This document shows, one piece after another, positions 1 through 15,296 of a DNA stretch of 64,000 nucleotides. Numbering within the stretch: the first letter of the stretch is position 1; each line of letters begins with the position of its first letter. Below the pieces are notes generated by a model, which saw only the letters and a list, made by a program, of their open reading frames with translations, was not told the origin of the DNA and made no database searches. A program made the position numbers and the translations under genes. Origin of the DNA: Chrysomallon squamiferum. Lineage: Eukaryota > Animalia > Mollusca. The stretch spans positions 12,524,001-12,588,000 of the forward strand of contig CM022671.1 in assembly GCA_012295275.1 (NCBI GenBank). Reading direction: 5' to 3'.

Positions 1-229
1 AATTAAGTGAATATAAGTAGTATTAATTAGGTAAATATGTTAGTAAGTAAAGAAAGAAATAAACGATTACTAGATAAAAATATCGCTATTTTATGGTTAA
101 ATTTCTATATTACAAACAAGCAAAGTAACAGAAATAAAACTTAAAGGTGAAAGAAGATGAGCAAACAACTATATCTGTAACTAAACAAAATAATAAAAGA
201 AATGTTCTAGGGAGTTGTCTTGGCCCCAG

Positions 230-480
230 CCAGCAGATGTCTGTTGTCGCATTTTCTGCATACTCGTTACCTAGCTGCTCCTCCAGACTGGATCTGAATC
301 CCTTTGGTCCTCTTTACCTTCTCGATTCCTTGGATGAAGTCTACAAACTTATAAATGTTTGGGGTACAGTTCATGTCTTTGGTTTGTGTCAAGAGCCCTT
401 TTAACACTGGACGTAGGGAGGGCAATATCATCATTGTAGATCTTTTTGCATGGGTGCGATTTCGTCACTCGCCCGCAGAC
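230..480 (-). mobile_element. Decayed Mutator-like (MULE) transposase C-terminal fragment
   Basis: The minus strand reads ...PNIYKFVDFIQGIEKVKRTKGIQIQSGGAAR, preceded by a degenerate TN-DI-like segment. This resembles the RTNN..E..H..HPNI(W/Y)KF(I/V) region of invertebrate MULE transposases. Stops and frameshifts are present. Confidence 0.5.
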
Positions 481-2302
481 AGATGGTGCATTTGAAAAGT
501 ACTGCGAACAGTTCTGTTCATTTGCAAATAATTACGTGCCTTGATTTCGTGAACAGGAATTGCTCCATTGCATTAATAATTTTAGAAAAAAGAAAAGAAA
601 AAAGAAAGAAACTTCTCTATGCTGTAATCCTACAGTTTATGAGAATAAAAATTAATTGTCATTGTATTGTCTTTAAAAATTAGAATATGCCAGATAAGAC
701 TGGATCCAAAAACAAAACGCAGCGATAATACACTGGATTTATACAAGTAAGATTAACTCGTTCAGCTACGAGGTAGATCAGTGTGTGAGCTCTGATTTAA
801 CTTCGACAAGAAGCACATTTTTATCAGCCTGAAGAAAATCTTGTTTAGCTCATAGCTTATCTGACACCGAATTATATCTTCAAAACTTTGTCTGATTATT
901 AAAATTAATTGCAGGTATGAAAATCAGAAGACATTAAGCCTGGATTTGGATGTATTGTAGAGTAAGACATCAGGTTTAGAACTGACAAGATTTTTCAATT
1001 ATACTGAAGTAAAAATCGTACTGAATTACGTTTTTCTTGCATATCTGGAACGTTTAGCTCGGGAATCAAAACATTTACTGATGGATATTATTACTGTTCT
1101 TTTTGTTATATGTGTAATGAATTTAAATAATTTTATTCTGATTGAAAATAAAGAAAAGCAGAAAACTTACATTATTCTGTAAGCGAACGCTATCTATCAT
1201 GAAAATTTACTTTTAAATTATTTGTCTCTTTACCAGTATCTTTTATTCTGTCTGTCAATCACTGAATCAGTCTACTGTCTATAATGTGACTGCTTATTTG
1301 TTCTTTCTGTATATCAGTTTTTCTTTTCTTTCTTTTTTCTTATTTATTATTAATAATATTAATTTAAAATAAATAAATAAATAGCACTAGACTCTTAAAA
1401 TAAATAAAACTACCATTATATTATGTTACAAAATATATATACAAATCGATCAGTACTTCTAATTTTAATATTCAGTATTTTGTTTGGTTTTTAGACTCTC
1501 GAGATATGCACTTGTAATAATTGTAATAACTGTTTCAAGAATTCTTTTAAATTCTATATATCGACGTTTTATCAACAACATCATGACTTTTTCGTCAACG
1601 CTATGATGCTAAATAAAATTATTAGTTCCAGTACAGACCACTTTTATCAAGTCTATCGGGATTTTTCATCTCGGTGTGGCGATTCACCGACTCCTATCCA
1701 CAATGAACCGAAACTAATCGTAGGCTGTTTTGTTTTTTCCTTTTTTGTTGTTAGTGTGTGGGTTTTTTTGTGGTTTTTTATGGTTTTGATTGTTTACTGG
1801 TATTTTAAACAGTTTTTTTTTTCTTCTTCGTTTAAAAAAATATTCAGAATAAATATGTGTGAAAACTAAAATATTAATATTTTCTAAGTGAAGGGAAATA
1901 AATTAATGAAACTAGAACAAAGTAAAATAAAATAAATTTTAAGTAAAGAAATGAAAAGTTGAAGATATAAATTAATAAATGACTTAGTAAATATGGAGGT
2001 AAGTAATAATTAAGTAAGCAGAAATAAGATGAATAATCTTTTGTTGATGAACAAGATCAGTGACAACTCCAACCCACTACTGTAAAAAAGCAGCTAAGCA
2101 ACTCGTCAGACCTTTCGCGCTGACCCTAGTTCATGTGAATTGTTTGGGCAGTTAAAACTAGTTAAGAATGTCTGTCATAATAGACTTGAATTCATTTCTC
2201 TGTTGCACAGACCCAGTTTCGTTAATGTAGAGTAATAACGTGTGACATAATGAACGTTCAGAAAATAATGCTGATAATATAAGCTGTCCTTTAAAATTGT
2301 TT

Positions 2303-2585
<283 letters not shown>

Positions 2586-3740
2586 ATACTACGTACAGTG
2601 TGAAAAAAAGGTCTAAAGTTAAATTGTAATATGACAATCCCAGTTTTCTTGAACTCATGATACTCCATGATCTGTCATTTTTGTCACCTATCATGTCCTA
2701 TGTGACCTCTGAAATTTATTGTGCCATAACCACACCTCTCACTGAACCATCCCAGCGAAATGCAAGTGTAGAACTGTATTGCTTGTATTCATTCATCTAA
2801 AGCCTGGCCCAGATACATTGACTATGCTAATAAGTGATGTGAATCAGTGCAGAAGGTAGATGGTTGTGCATTGTCTGAATGCAAAAGTTATTTACATAAT
2901 TAGCATAGACACATGAACATTGGCTTATGGTCTGAAAAGAAAATTAAAGTACGCTTTACTTTAGCGATTAGGAAAACATTTGCGTAATTGGTATTCTCGT
3001 ATGATTACGTTGTCGTTAAAAGAGGTGCGTGATCGGCGTTATATTCCTCGAATAACTCGATAAATGAATGAAGTTAAAATTCTTTCAATACATAACAAAA
3101 CGGCAGTTGCTACCTACACGCAGTTTACTTTGCGATCCATATGATCACCGTAATTAAATAAATAGTCACCGTTTGCCTATCTTTATCCACGAAGTTGAAC
3201 ACAAATAGTTCCCAAGTCCCAAGAGATCTCGTTCGAAATCTCGTATTCGTGTCACTGAAATAAGGTGGCGACGATCGGTTTTAATGGACGACTGTGTATT
3301 AAGGAAACATTTGAGCAGTTACAGCTTGATGTTGGGACTATCTGACATCCAGTCAGTAGTTTGCTTGTCCAGTAGAAGGCAGACGAGAACAAAACGAATC
3401 CCATGGCAATTTTTTCAATGTTCTTTTCTAATCGTGCCACCTGTCTCAAGCAATGACCATACAAAATGTACCATTATTTCAGCGGTGCTGGATTGAAACG
3501 GCACCGAAACGAAACAACTGGTATCGGACACGAAACACAGATTAATGAGTCAGTTAAAATAAAACCCTGGAAACTAACCGCCCAAATAAAAGTGTCAGTC
3601 GTTATCATTCATATTGGTGTTGCACATTTTGTTTCTGCTACTGCGGCCCGGATATTGTGAAGCATCATCTAACAGCAGATCATAGTGCACAAGACTGCTC
3701 CTAAGAACCTTTCTAAAATTGCTGTCCTGTCCGGATGTAG

Positions 3741-3776
<36 letters not shown>

Positions 3777-3844
3777 TAAATAAATAAAATGAAAACTTTA
3801 GAGGCATTTTTTTTTTTATGCATTTCTGACAGTAATATTCGCAA

Positions 3845-4008
3845 TATTTTGGAGACTTATTTTTAATATAATATAAACTTTTCGAAATTACATTGTAATA
3901 TAATAATAATAATAATAGAATAATAATTATTATCATCATCATCATATATATTATATTACAATGTAATTTTGAATACTTTATATTATATTAAAAAGAAGTC
4001 TCAAAATA
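3845..4008. repeat. Inverted repeat, ~60 bp arms with ~45 bp spacer
   Basis: 3845-3904 (tattttggagacttatttttaatataatataaacttttcgaaattacattgtaatataat) is the near-perfect reverse complement of 3950-4008. Confidence 0.9.
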
Positions 4009-4270
4009 CGTCAATGAAAATCTTATATATAAACTATATGGAACAATATAATTTTTTGTATTTCTTTCTTTTTATGTTACAAGCTCAGCACTGTTTTCGC
4101 TGTCGTTTCGGTATCGTTTCGTGTTGATGAAATCAGAATGTGATAATGGCGCGATATGTATCGTGTTGGTGTCGTTTCGGAACCTCACTATCGCATAAAT
4201 GGAATCCAAATATCCATTAGGGGGAGCCGGGGCCATAATCTCCTTTTCCAGGTTTTTTTCTAAGGTCGTT

Positions 4271-4433
4271 GGCAGCATGGTTAATAACTAAAAGGGAAAT
4301 GATAAAAAGGGATGTTGGACATGTACTCTTGAAACCTTTATCCAGTCAACTACAGAAATATTTGGCTACGTGATGGTTCAACATTATTTTCAAAATGTTC
4401 CACTGAGCCCCTTCAGTTATTAACCATGCTACC
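4271..4433. mobile_element. MITE of ~163 bp with ~25 bp TIRs
   Basis: Left end ggcagcatggttaataactaaaaggg and right end cccttcagttattaaccatgctacc are inverted repeats. No clear TSD. Confidence 0.7.
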
Positions 4434-4559
4434 TCGATAGAATGGATTACCAACGAGGGTACAGTAGATTAGCCCAGTGCAAAGTGAGACAGTCATTATA
4501 AAGAATTGAATTTACCCCACGACAGTTTTGTTTTTTTGTTTTTTTGAATGCTATAAACA

Positions 4560-5225
4560 AATTACAGAATCAGAACTGCTTTTACGTCTGGTAATTCTAA
4601 GTCCCCTGCTTGCTCCTCGTCAAGTTCATCTCAAACAGCGTCCTCTCGTCTGTCCTCCCCTCAGAGCTTGCACAGAACTAGTCTACACTGATTTGCAGCC
4701 TCAGTTTTTTTTTACTTGGCTTTGCTACTTTATTTTATTTTCATATCTTACTTTTCCGTTCTTCTGAAGCTATTCTTATATGTTCCTTATCCAGGGCACT
4801 TTTCAAAACTGTTACTTTAAGCCTACCCTTCCTAAATCCTCCCTTGTTTTTTCTTCGTGGTTCTTTTGGAAAGGGATTTATTTCATCGGGTTGACGATGC
4901 TCGAGTTTACATTTGAAATAGATGCAACTGGTTTGAATGTTGCTGGCTTCCTGTAGCTGTATTTGGCATATCTGGTTCATGTGACTGATACACTTCGTTT
5001 TCTGTTCGGTCTTTCATATAGGAAGAAAGTAAGATCTCAACATCAAATCCATTAGGATTGAATGGACAAATATCTGTGTTTTTTTAAACCAGCTGTTTTG
5101 TTCTTGAGAGTGAAGGCTAATATGTAAGCACAGTCTATAATCTTGCAAAGTTGTCCATTGAAACCCGGTCCACTGAGTCCCATATGCACTTCATACAAAT
5201 ATGTGATCTTTTTCTATAAATGGCA
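4560..5225 (-). mobile_element. Decayed pogo/Tigger-like (DDE_1) transposase C-terminal region
   Basis: Across frameshifts the minus strand reads AYILAFTLKNKTAG..K-TDICPFNPNGFDVEILLSSYMKDR ... INPFPKEPRRKNKGGFRKGR followed by an acidic tail. This matches the AFTPxNIxxGFxxTGIxPFN and IRPFPKA..RKKGR motifs of pogo-like transposases. Confidence 0.7.
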
Positions 5226-6440
5226 GTCTGAAAACGAAAAAGCACATGTTCATAATCTTCACAATTCACCCCTCTAATCAAAACATAATGAATGGTTTCT
5301 TATTACTTGATGATCTATATTACATCACAAAAGTATATTTGTCAAAAAATTTACTTTTGATGGTGAAAAGCACTAGTTTCTTGATTTGGGATTCACTAGA
5401 GGCTTTTACTGATGACATCACGTCGGGATTCCTTTTTTTTAAATTATCTACAAATGCTCACCGATTCCCGTGATGCACCGCGCCTCGGCTCCCCTTACTG
5501 GTATGAAAGAGAAGGTGACGGAAACGAAACACAATCCATAATCCTGCACCTCTACACCGCTGTACTTTGCAGTGGCACATTACCGCACTTTCATATTTTG
5601 ATGCAAATAAAATATGCAAAATAAAAAATTTAATTGTTAGGATTTATACTGGTTCATTTTTTTCTGCAATTGTGGCCCAGTTATTGTGAATCAGTTGAGT
5701 ATCCATAGACTTTGCTGCAAATGTATTAGAGCTCATTACTGTTCGTGTGTAGAAAACAAAAATGCACTGAGAAAACTTGAAAACAAGAATCTTACTAAAA
5801 TAATAATAAAAATGAAATGAAATAAAATAAAATAAAAACTGCTCTATATAAAAAAATAAAAATAAAAAATAAAAAAATAAATCGAAAATTAAATAAACAA
5901 AACCTAAAATACAAATTGGAACTGTGAAAATTTTATAATTTTAAGACATTTTGGACAGTAAATTTTAGCCTTTTTTGGTTGTTGTTTTTATTTTTTCATC
6001 ATTATATTACAGTTATAACTTTAATACTTTTATTATACTGAATGCTGTTATTTTATTAGGATTCCTAGCCAAAAACAAAGTGAAGTCATTCTGACAATTA
6101 TGAATCGTAAATCTACAGTCAATAGGCTGCAGTATTCGCGAGAGACTGTGATGATTTACTGACAATGAAAACATTTGTCATTCTGATGGTTATTCATATC
6201 CTAATGCTCTCTAAAACGGCTTCTTATGTATTAATTAACATTTAATAGTCGGTACAGTGATCCCAGTGTTGCATCTGGTTGGTATATATATATATACACA
6301 TATATGCTAAATATATGAATAAAATAGAAATGGTATTTTTCATGTTTTATTTATTTGAATTTTAATCTTTCTATTTAAAGTTTCTGTTTTTTGTAATCTT
6401 TATTTTTTCCTCTGAATATTTGTTATTTTTTTTAATAATA

Positions 6441-6487
<47 letters not shown>

Positions 6488-6718
6488 AATGATAGCAATA
6501 ACTATAATAATTTTTACTCTTCGCCTTTTGTTCTTCTTGTGCTTGATAAAATTAAATTCATTATGATATCATCTAGAGAGAAACCAAGGAAACCTTGCCT
6601 CTTGTTATTAGAATTTACTGGAATCGGTCTAATTTTATATACATTTTAGAAAGCAGATATTCTGTTTATATAAGCTGTCTGACAAATATATATACCTAAG
6701 GGAGACAGAAACGAACAT

Positions 6719-6752
<34 letters not shown>

Positions 6753-8368
6753 GGAGAGAGGGTGGTGGAAGAAAGTATCTGGGGAAATAAAACGGTAAAA
6801 TAAATCCTATAAAAACTTATTTTAATTGCACCTTTATTTTCCTACTGGGTTTGTTTTAGATTTGTTTTAGACAGAGAAGCCAAATAACAACATGAACAAA
6901 ACGTTACGAGTCGAGCCACAATAATCAAAATGACTGAATTTGTTTAAAGAGTTAATTGAAATGTGTTGACACGGTATGTTAACAAAAACTGTGAAAACTG
7001 ACAGTGGGTTTACTCCTCTCCCAGTTCCACTGTCTAACTGCAGAGCAGAACAAGCTGCTATTTGTGACTGATGTCATAGAACAATCAATACAGTTCTGAA
7101 AATAAAATGTATCAGTCCATCCACTTCTGAAATAACGGTAGTTGTTGGCTTTCACTAACATTATATCCTACCACATATATTATTACACACCCATACACCC
7201 ACACACATACACCTAGACACACACGCACACACGCACACATATACTATGAATATTAGTATTTTTCCTTAAAGTTTGTTATATCGATATTATCGGCATGATA
7301 GTTTTGCATGCAGATGTAATAACAATTATAAAATATTTTTTATTCACTCATGTAATGCTATAATTAAATTATTCTTAATAAAGCCCACGAATGGTTGACG
7401 TCTTTTAGACAGAAATCTCTAGTGAAATCAGAAATATATTTGAACAGTTTACTAACGAAATTACATTAAAATTACACTAAAATTACCAAGCTCACACCCA
7501 TACCTATACTCTCAAGAGATTGTAATGTAACATATAATACAATACAAGTATTATTAGAACCGTTTTAAAGGAAAGTGGTAATTAAAAAATATGCCTAGGA
7601 ACTGAACATTACAACAATTTATTTTTTCTTATATGTGAACTTTTCACTTGCTGCATAATAAATGATTTTACTATTACAGTGTGGTTTTATTCTACTATTT
7701 TTAAGGTATCTTGAGCTGTTTTAGATATTTTGTTTTCCCATTCTAATATCACATTAGCGGGATAAATAAACCCAAACAAATAAACAAACAAAACATATCA
7801 ACAACGACAATAATATTTGTATACGTATATATCTGTAATATACGTATAGAACGTGAAAACAGTGTCTCGTACTATATTTTGTAAATCACTTTGATACTGT
7901 TACTAGTGTCACTGCTGGTCTACGTCTCATTTCTCGTTAATGGTGATATCTTTGCTTTTAGTTTGCTCAGGTGGTGATATCATTATCATACTGAATTTTA
8001 CGTCTAAAGACACCCCATTATAACACTACAAATAATTTATAAATAATAAACTTGCCTAGCCAACACATACAAAATGATAACAAGTTCTGCGGAATTAGTG
8101 AAGGACAGATTCTAATACATCAAAATGAATATGAAGTGTGTTAGTCCAAGGATCGTTTCCTCACTTTTAAAAGGGCCAAAAAAAAAAAAAAAAAAAAGAA
8201 TTATAATAATAATAATAAATAATAATAAAAAAAATAAGGCACTTAATTTAATTAATTTTGGCTGCGTTAATTGGCCATTTAATACTTCAAAATTCGACCA
8301 GCTAGAAACCATTTAATACGAATTTTACAATGTAAACTGAACATATTTTAATTTGCAATTTAAAATAA

Positions 8369-8399
<31 letters not shown>

Positions 8400-10203
8400 A
8401 AACAAAATAAATAATAAAAATAAGAAATATGTATGTATATATAAAAAAGATAATTTTATGATATGTCTTTTTCGCAATAATTCAAGATGTATATCGTTCT
8501 GTTGCTACAAAGACCAACTTTTCAATCATTAATACATTTTCATTGTCATTTGGACGACGAGTTTGTAACCACGAAGCTTTCAAGTTGACAAATAGAGAGA
8601 ATACAAGGTGCAAAAATCACGTCCCGTGAGGCACTGTTCGGGCTACGGGCATCTCAAAATCCCCGTTTGCGCAGTCCCAGGTGTAAACACATGCGCACGT
8701 TTTGATTAATCGTCCGCTTCCGGCTCTCTGCGGAGTTTCCCTTTTAAACAGTAATAGTCCACCCTCGGCTATTTTTCCAGCTCGATTCAAATTCATCACT
8801 CCTTTCATAGATAGCCTGGCTTACAGATACACGTCTCAAGTTGTTAAGAAAGTAAGGGACAGGAAATATCAGGCTTTCTGATTACACGTTAATGTCCCCT
8901 TGCGAAATAATCATGGCTTTTTTTATTTCAATATCTGCTTTTAATCTTGCAAATTAATATTAAAAGCTTTGAGCCAGTGTTTTCGAATGCAAGTATTGAA
9001 CTGAGCACCACTTCGTCTTCTTGTCTGTCTGTTAGTCGGGTATTTTCCAATTTCTAGTTTAAAATTAATAATTTGTCGTCACCGAAAATTAGATGAAATC
9101 TTTTCATTGTTTCTAATTCTAACATTACTCGTACTGCTTAACAGTCGATGCATATGGTTTTGTACTTACAGAAAGATAGGTATAAAAAAGGTTACTAACC
9201 GAGCTGCCCAAGAACTGCCGGCAACGGGTTTCTTCTCTCATTAAAACAAAACAACATACTGGACTCATTAAAGTACGCTGAAGCGTTATTAAACTGATAT
9301 GTATTCATTGATATATGCCACAAATTCATTTAGCACAAACAAAATAAAAACAAAACAAATAATATAAAAAGAGAGCAGTTCATTTAATTTACACTCTTTT
9401 ACTGCCTCTTGCAAGAAGCACATTTAGGTTGTTATTAACAAAATGATGAGTTCTTTACACAGCGAACATTTCTTGTGATCTAATATTTAATCTCATCTGG
9501 GTATTGTCATGACAATTCAGTACCTGTGTTGTTACACCAGGGTACCTGTTACTGACCATCAGTGAGACAAATGTCTCGAGTGTTGCTTTCCACTGATTGT
9601 GTACCTTCAATCGCTTAATTCTAAACAAATGTTTGAAAAAGAGATTTTAATTCCATTTCTCTTTCGTTTGCAGATTGATTTTGATCAATCAAACGCGGCC
9701 AAACGCAAACACGCGGGAATCGGAACGTGTCTAATTAGCCGTTCTGCGACAGTTGTAGTCTTTTTGGAAACTGCCAAGTGGACAGGCCGCCCTGGTTTTG
9801 TGCATTTGACATTTTAGTTTTGTAAGTCTGAAGACTGGTTAAGTGCAATTTCACTTCACGAAGGTATACATGAAAACGAATTAAAGTCTCTTTTGAAAAC
9901 GACGTTTTTGCAATTTAAGTTAGAAGCAGACCGTTATTATTTTAACAGTTTGTATAGATTTATCATTCCCTCTGCAGTGAATTCAGTTAGAAATAAATTT
10001 AACACTGGTACAGGTTTCTCAGTAATGGTGGAATGATAGTAGTAGCAGTAGCAGTATAGTAATAGCAGTAGTAGCTTTTCTTCTTATAGTAGTAGTGTTG
10101 GTGATAGAAGCATTAGAATGTTGTAACATTTAGCCATTATTTTAATTGAAAAATACAGTACTGAAAGAAAATGATATATCATCGTTTTGTTACATAAATC
10201 AAT

Positions 10204-10350
<147 letters not shown>

Positions 10351-11029
10351 AAACATATCCAGAGTTCACAGCACTCCCAACAATAAATTATTCTATGTCA
10401 TTAACTATTACTGGTATCTAGTTATCAGAAGTGATGAAGTAGAGAAAAATAATAATTATAAATATAATCCAGAAGCCTGGTACAAAATCAATTGTTGCAA
10501 TCTTTCTGTAAAATGAATTTATAAGCAGTTTACGAATTATCTAGAGGACAATTTCTGTTGTATAATATACTATATCCTCACTGCGTTTACTCATAAAGTC
10601 CTGTGCTTTCCGTTAACGCAATTTTCGTCTTTCTATGAACCCTCTAGAGGGGGGTCTGTTATACATTTCTGCTAAAGTTGTGAATTTTCTTCAAAGTCGA
10701 TCGATTTTGGTGTACTGTCCGAAGGAGTTCTGGGGCGTTTTGCATCCCAAAAGAATTTTTTTGCAAGCTCGTTCATTTATTCGATCTTCTGAAGGTGTCC
10801 GCGAACTCACATCTCGAGGGACTGCGTTATTTGCAACTGTCTGCCTAATGTAGATATTGACGAAAACAACTATACCAAAATCTACTGAATGAGACTAATG
10901 CACGATAACGATATTGGCTTAAAGCTTGCACGAAATACGTTTCGAGGACAGAACGCAGCACACAGGTTTTGTTATGGTACACAGTTATGTTCAAACTGTT
11001 TGAAAGAACCATGCGCCTTTAAGTTAAGG

Positions 11030-11245
11030 CACGTGCTCGTGTTGTAGAGCTCGCGACGCGCTCGTTAAAGCGCACTCTGTCGGCGTGTCCCATTCAAAGC
11101 TTGCTGCTTGTCTGTGAGATCTGGCTGTGTCATTTCTGGTCGATGAGCCACCGGGATATGTTTCATGTGCGTAGTCGCGTTTGTCTGCGCTGTGGAAGTG
11201 TTTTATACAACCCTGGCAATTCACTAGCATGTATGTACAAGAAAG
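11030..11245 (+). promoter_or_regulatory. Candidate promoter / non-coding first exon
   Basis: CpG-rich patch (gctcgcgacgcgctcg, cgtagtcgcg) ending in a strong donor AAG|GTAAGA with GT at 11246, followed by T-rich intron-like DNA. Assignment to the gene at 40454 is inference. Confidence 0.4.
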
Positions 11246-12435
11246 GTAAGAATAGTTTTACAATTTTAATTCAGTTTTATTGATTTTTTATAACTTTGAA
11301 TTAAAACTGAATTGTCACTTTTTCTTTGACGGTTGTGACAGTTTCAGTTGTCGTTGAATTAATGTTGTAATTTTCTGTTTTAAACACACCACAGTTTATA
11401 TATATATATACATATTATATTATACATATTTGTTTATATATTCATTTGAACTCAGTATATTCAGTAACAACTAACAAAGAAAAAAATACACAGCTAGCAA
11501 CTAGCGTAATTTGAGAAAATTATTTAAAATTTATCATTCTGTATCTGTCTATTTATCTATCTATCTATCCGACTGTCTGTGTATTTAGCTATCTGTTTCT
11601 TCAGTTTTGGTGCTCAGATTAAACTGATGGTTTCTGAAATTAAAGTTTAAAAAAGTATATCCATATTCGTAAATAGCACGATTCTTTCCATAAAATATAA
11701 TTTTTGTTTATTTATTTAGTTAGTTAGTTAATTAATTAATTAGTTAGCTTTGTTTAAGATATAAATAAATAAATTAAATGAAATAAAACTGTGACTGGTA
11801 AACGAACGACAAATGTCTGAGATAAGTAATGAACAAATTATACATAATATATACTGATGTGTTTCACTGAAATTTATTAATATCAACAACAAAATAAGTG
11901 GCGACCAAAACACATTTTGACAGAATATTGTTGTGACGTAACTGAAAGTTAAATATGCGAGTCGGACACATTTTCTTCAAATATCGATGCTCATTAATTT
12001 ATATACTACACGAGGGAAAATATTAATGGGTTTTGCAAGTATAATTGGCGCACGTTCGATTCTTGTGGGGATATATTCACCACCAGTAGGATAAGCAATA
12101 TCGCGCCTCACTTTGAAGATGTGAGAATTAGGGGAGATAATAATTCAAATGCAAAAGGGGCAAAAATTTGTTTAGCTCCACCTCTTAACACTGGTTTATT
12201 GTCAGAAATCATTTAAATGACCGTTATTAATTTCCAATTTACGTCATGGATTATGTGTATGCTGTTTTTTTTTTTTTATACTGATATCCACATAGACAAC
12301 ACAGTACATACCTTACCTTTAATGCCTTATTTTGAAATCGAAAAAAGTTAAACGACCGTTCATGTGATTTCTGAAACTGTTAAATAATATAATAGGAAGG
12401 TGACGGAGCATAAATGCCATTAAATAATTGATTTA

Positions 12436-12471
<36 letters not shown>

Positions 12472-13992
12472 TTAAATTTGTTTTTATCATTAATATCCGC
12501 GCCTCTCATCTGATATCATGGATCCTCCTTAAAACTAACTGTTGAAAACCCAGGTATGAAGGATTCTATATTTATAAGAAATTTGATCTGATCTGTTGTA
12601 CAGAGTGATTGCATGGCTGGTAGAATGGAAGTTCGATTAAATGCAGAGTCAGGTTTATTAGCATAATAAGCTTTAAAATATCTATGTAAAATTGTTTTCT
12701 TTTTAATCAAACAAAGTGTCGCTTTTTCTGTGTCAGTCTAGATTTATCTGTTTTATCAGTTCATTTACCTATTCGGTGTCAAAAAAAGTATTTTGTCTTA
12801 TTCACCGATGCAGACATAGGTACAGAAAATATTCGTCATCATCAGTAACTACTCTTGTGATGGAAACTGTTGTGTGTTCCAGTTTGCTCGAATATTTTGA
12901 AGAATCGTGTGAATATGTCTCATTACAAACACGGATTTGTTAGTTACCTGACTCGTATAATTAACAATAAGGGTGTTTGTATAATTATATAGGTTATTAT
13001 TATTATTATTTGTAATTAAAATGCCATTATAATGCTGCATTAGAAGAAGATCTACAATTAAAAAAACGAGAATATACATAATAAAACCCGCATTTTAGGA
13101 ACAAATGATCTTTTACTAAAGTATTATAATTTTTATAAATAATAACAGTGTCATTACATAGTTCATAAACATAAAAAAAATTTATATATATATAAATATA
13201 TATATATATAAATATGCTTTGAGATATGAAAAAATATTTGATTATCCTTTACTTTTTAGTTTGTTTTTAAATTTCTATTATAATAAAATCTTTTAAATAA
13301 TAATAGTAAAACAAAATTTGTACGTCATCAGAGTTACTGTGACGCGCCCCGCATTGCCCAGACAGCGTAACAGTCACGTGCTTGCTTTCATTAGCACGTT
13401 AATTTTTCACTCGTTGTTTTATTTTGTATACAAGAACTAAAGAAAGTTGTTTTGGGATTGACAGATGATTTATTTATTTTATTATTATATTTTTATTTAT
13501 TTTGAAGTTGGTTGTGGGTTTCTTAAATTGATTATATATATATTATTGTGTGTGTGTATGTGTGTGTGTGTGTGTTTTGTGTGTGTGTGTTTTTTGTGTG
13601 TGTGTTTTTGTGTTTGTTTTCGTGTGTGTATTTTGTGTGTGTGTGTGTGTATGTGTTTGAAAATGAGTAATGCACAACTGTTTCTTGAAAAGATTTCATT
13701 TTATTACTATTAGAATGTTTTTTTGTTTTGTTTTGTTTTGTTTTTTATTTTCGTCTTTTTCTCATTTTTTTCTTCTTTTTATCCCCTGTTTCCTTCTGAT
13801 TCACATATAAAAATACGTTCCATCAAAAGTATTAAGTGAGATGTTCGATACAATAATTAGCTTAGCTACTCAGGTGCTGTAATTATAATAATGGATATTT
13901 TAACATATTACTGGCATTGTTTGAGAAATAAATCCATTCTATCGCTTTCTTTTAATCTGTCCTCTTTCAGAAAGGATCGGTAATTGTCAGTG

Positions 13993-13993
<1 letters not shown>

Positions 13994-14053
<60 letters not shown>

Positions 14054-14076
14054 GCACGCACGCACGCACACACACA
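13994..14076. repeat. (CA)n/(CGCA)n microsatellite
   Basis: Directly visible. Confidence 0.95.
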
Positions 14077-15296
14077 GATATATGCACGAACATATTTCAC
14101 AACACTTACAGGTGCGCATACTCCTTAGATAATAATAATAATTAATTGTAAAACGTGAAAGGTTAAATAAGTTTTGAAAGGTGCTTCAGTTATTTTAATA
14201 TTAGTAGTTAGTAGCAGGTACTTTCTACGTGGGGTGGTTGTTTGAAACGGAGTTTTTCTCACAGAATTCGCGTTTAGGTCCGTGTGCAGAAGTTCATTAC
14301 TTTGTGTTTACCGTAACTGTAATTGAACCAGTAATTAGGACTAATGATAAAGGTTTTTTCTTTCTTATCCATATCCTTTTAAAACGTGTGTTTTCCCTAG
14401 TCCGTTTTCAGTATGCTTTCAGACGCTAATCAGACAGCCTGCTTGACAGGAGACAATGGCTCGGCGACCACTGACGAGGGAAATCGGGCGTGCGATCACT
14501 TACGCCATGAATATTTCTTTTAAATTAAGTCGTTTGAAATAAAAGTTTTTAAAAAGAATAGTTTTAAAACATGAAATACATGTTCCAGAGAATGGAAAAA
14601 GGTATCTCTAAAATTATATTATACTGTTTTTACTCTTGTTCCGTCCTTATTAGTATTTAAGTTGTTTGTTTGTGATTATTATTTTACTATATTATTTTTA
14701 TTTTATTTTATTTTATCATTTTTTCTTTAAAATAATAATAATAATAATGATAATAACAATAATAATAATAATAATAACCAGTCGTACGAGGCCAGTTCCG
14801 CAGAGAGAATAAATGCACTAAATAATAAAACAAAACAAAAGATGAATACACAAAAGGCCTTTTGAATTCAATTTTTAAAGAAAAATAAACAAGATGTTCT
14901 ATTTAGTTATAAATAATCAAGCGAATAAAATCATCAGTAATTCAATGAAGAATCAACCGGCGTCGCCTGCTCTCGGAGATCAAATACTTGCAGTTCTTTC
15001 ATCGTCGTTTACGTATGCGTTTATTCCGGCTCTTTTTAGAGATACACTCTGCTGTTTGTATATGCCGTAATTCACATAGAAAGACCCTGCTAAATTAATT
15101 TTACTACTATGTTTTGTTTAAATCAGCCATTGTCAATTGTTATTTTTAAATGTTGTTTTTTTGGGAGGGGGGGGGCGAGGGCGAGGACTTGGACCTTTTA
15201 GGCATATTATTACGTTCCATAGTCAAACAAAGATACAATACAGATACACAGAAAATTCCTTCTCACGTTTCTCAAATGTACCATTGTGTTGTAATG

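Noticed and set aside
5190-5228. Apparent - strand terminal exon after acceptor ttttcag
   Set aside because: The downstream sequence is better explained as a pogo transposase remnant.
9190-9310. Possible SINE tail remnant (cggcaacgggtttcttctctc)
   Set aside because: Too short and degenerate to support without a repeat library.
14470-14495. CTGACGA...GAAA hammerhead-like core (also CTGATGA at ~5410, 55028, 59651)
   Set aside because: No stem II or flanking helices could be formed.
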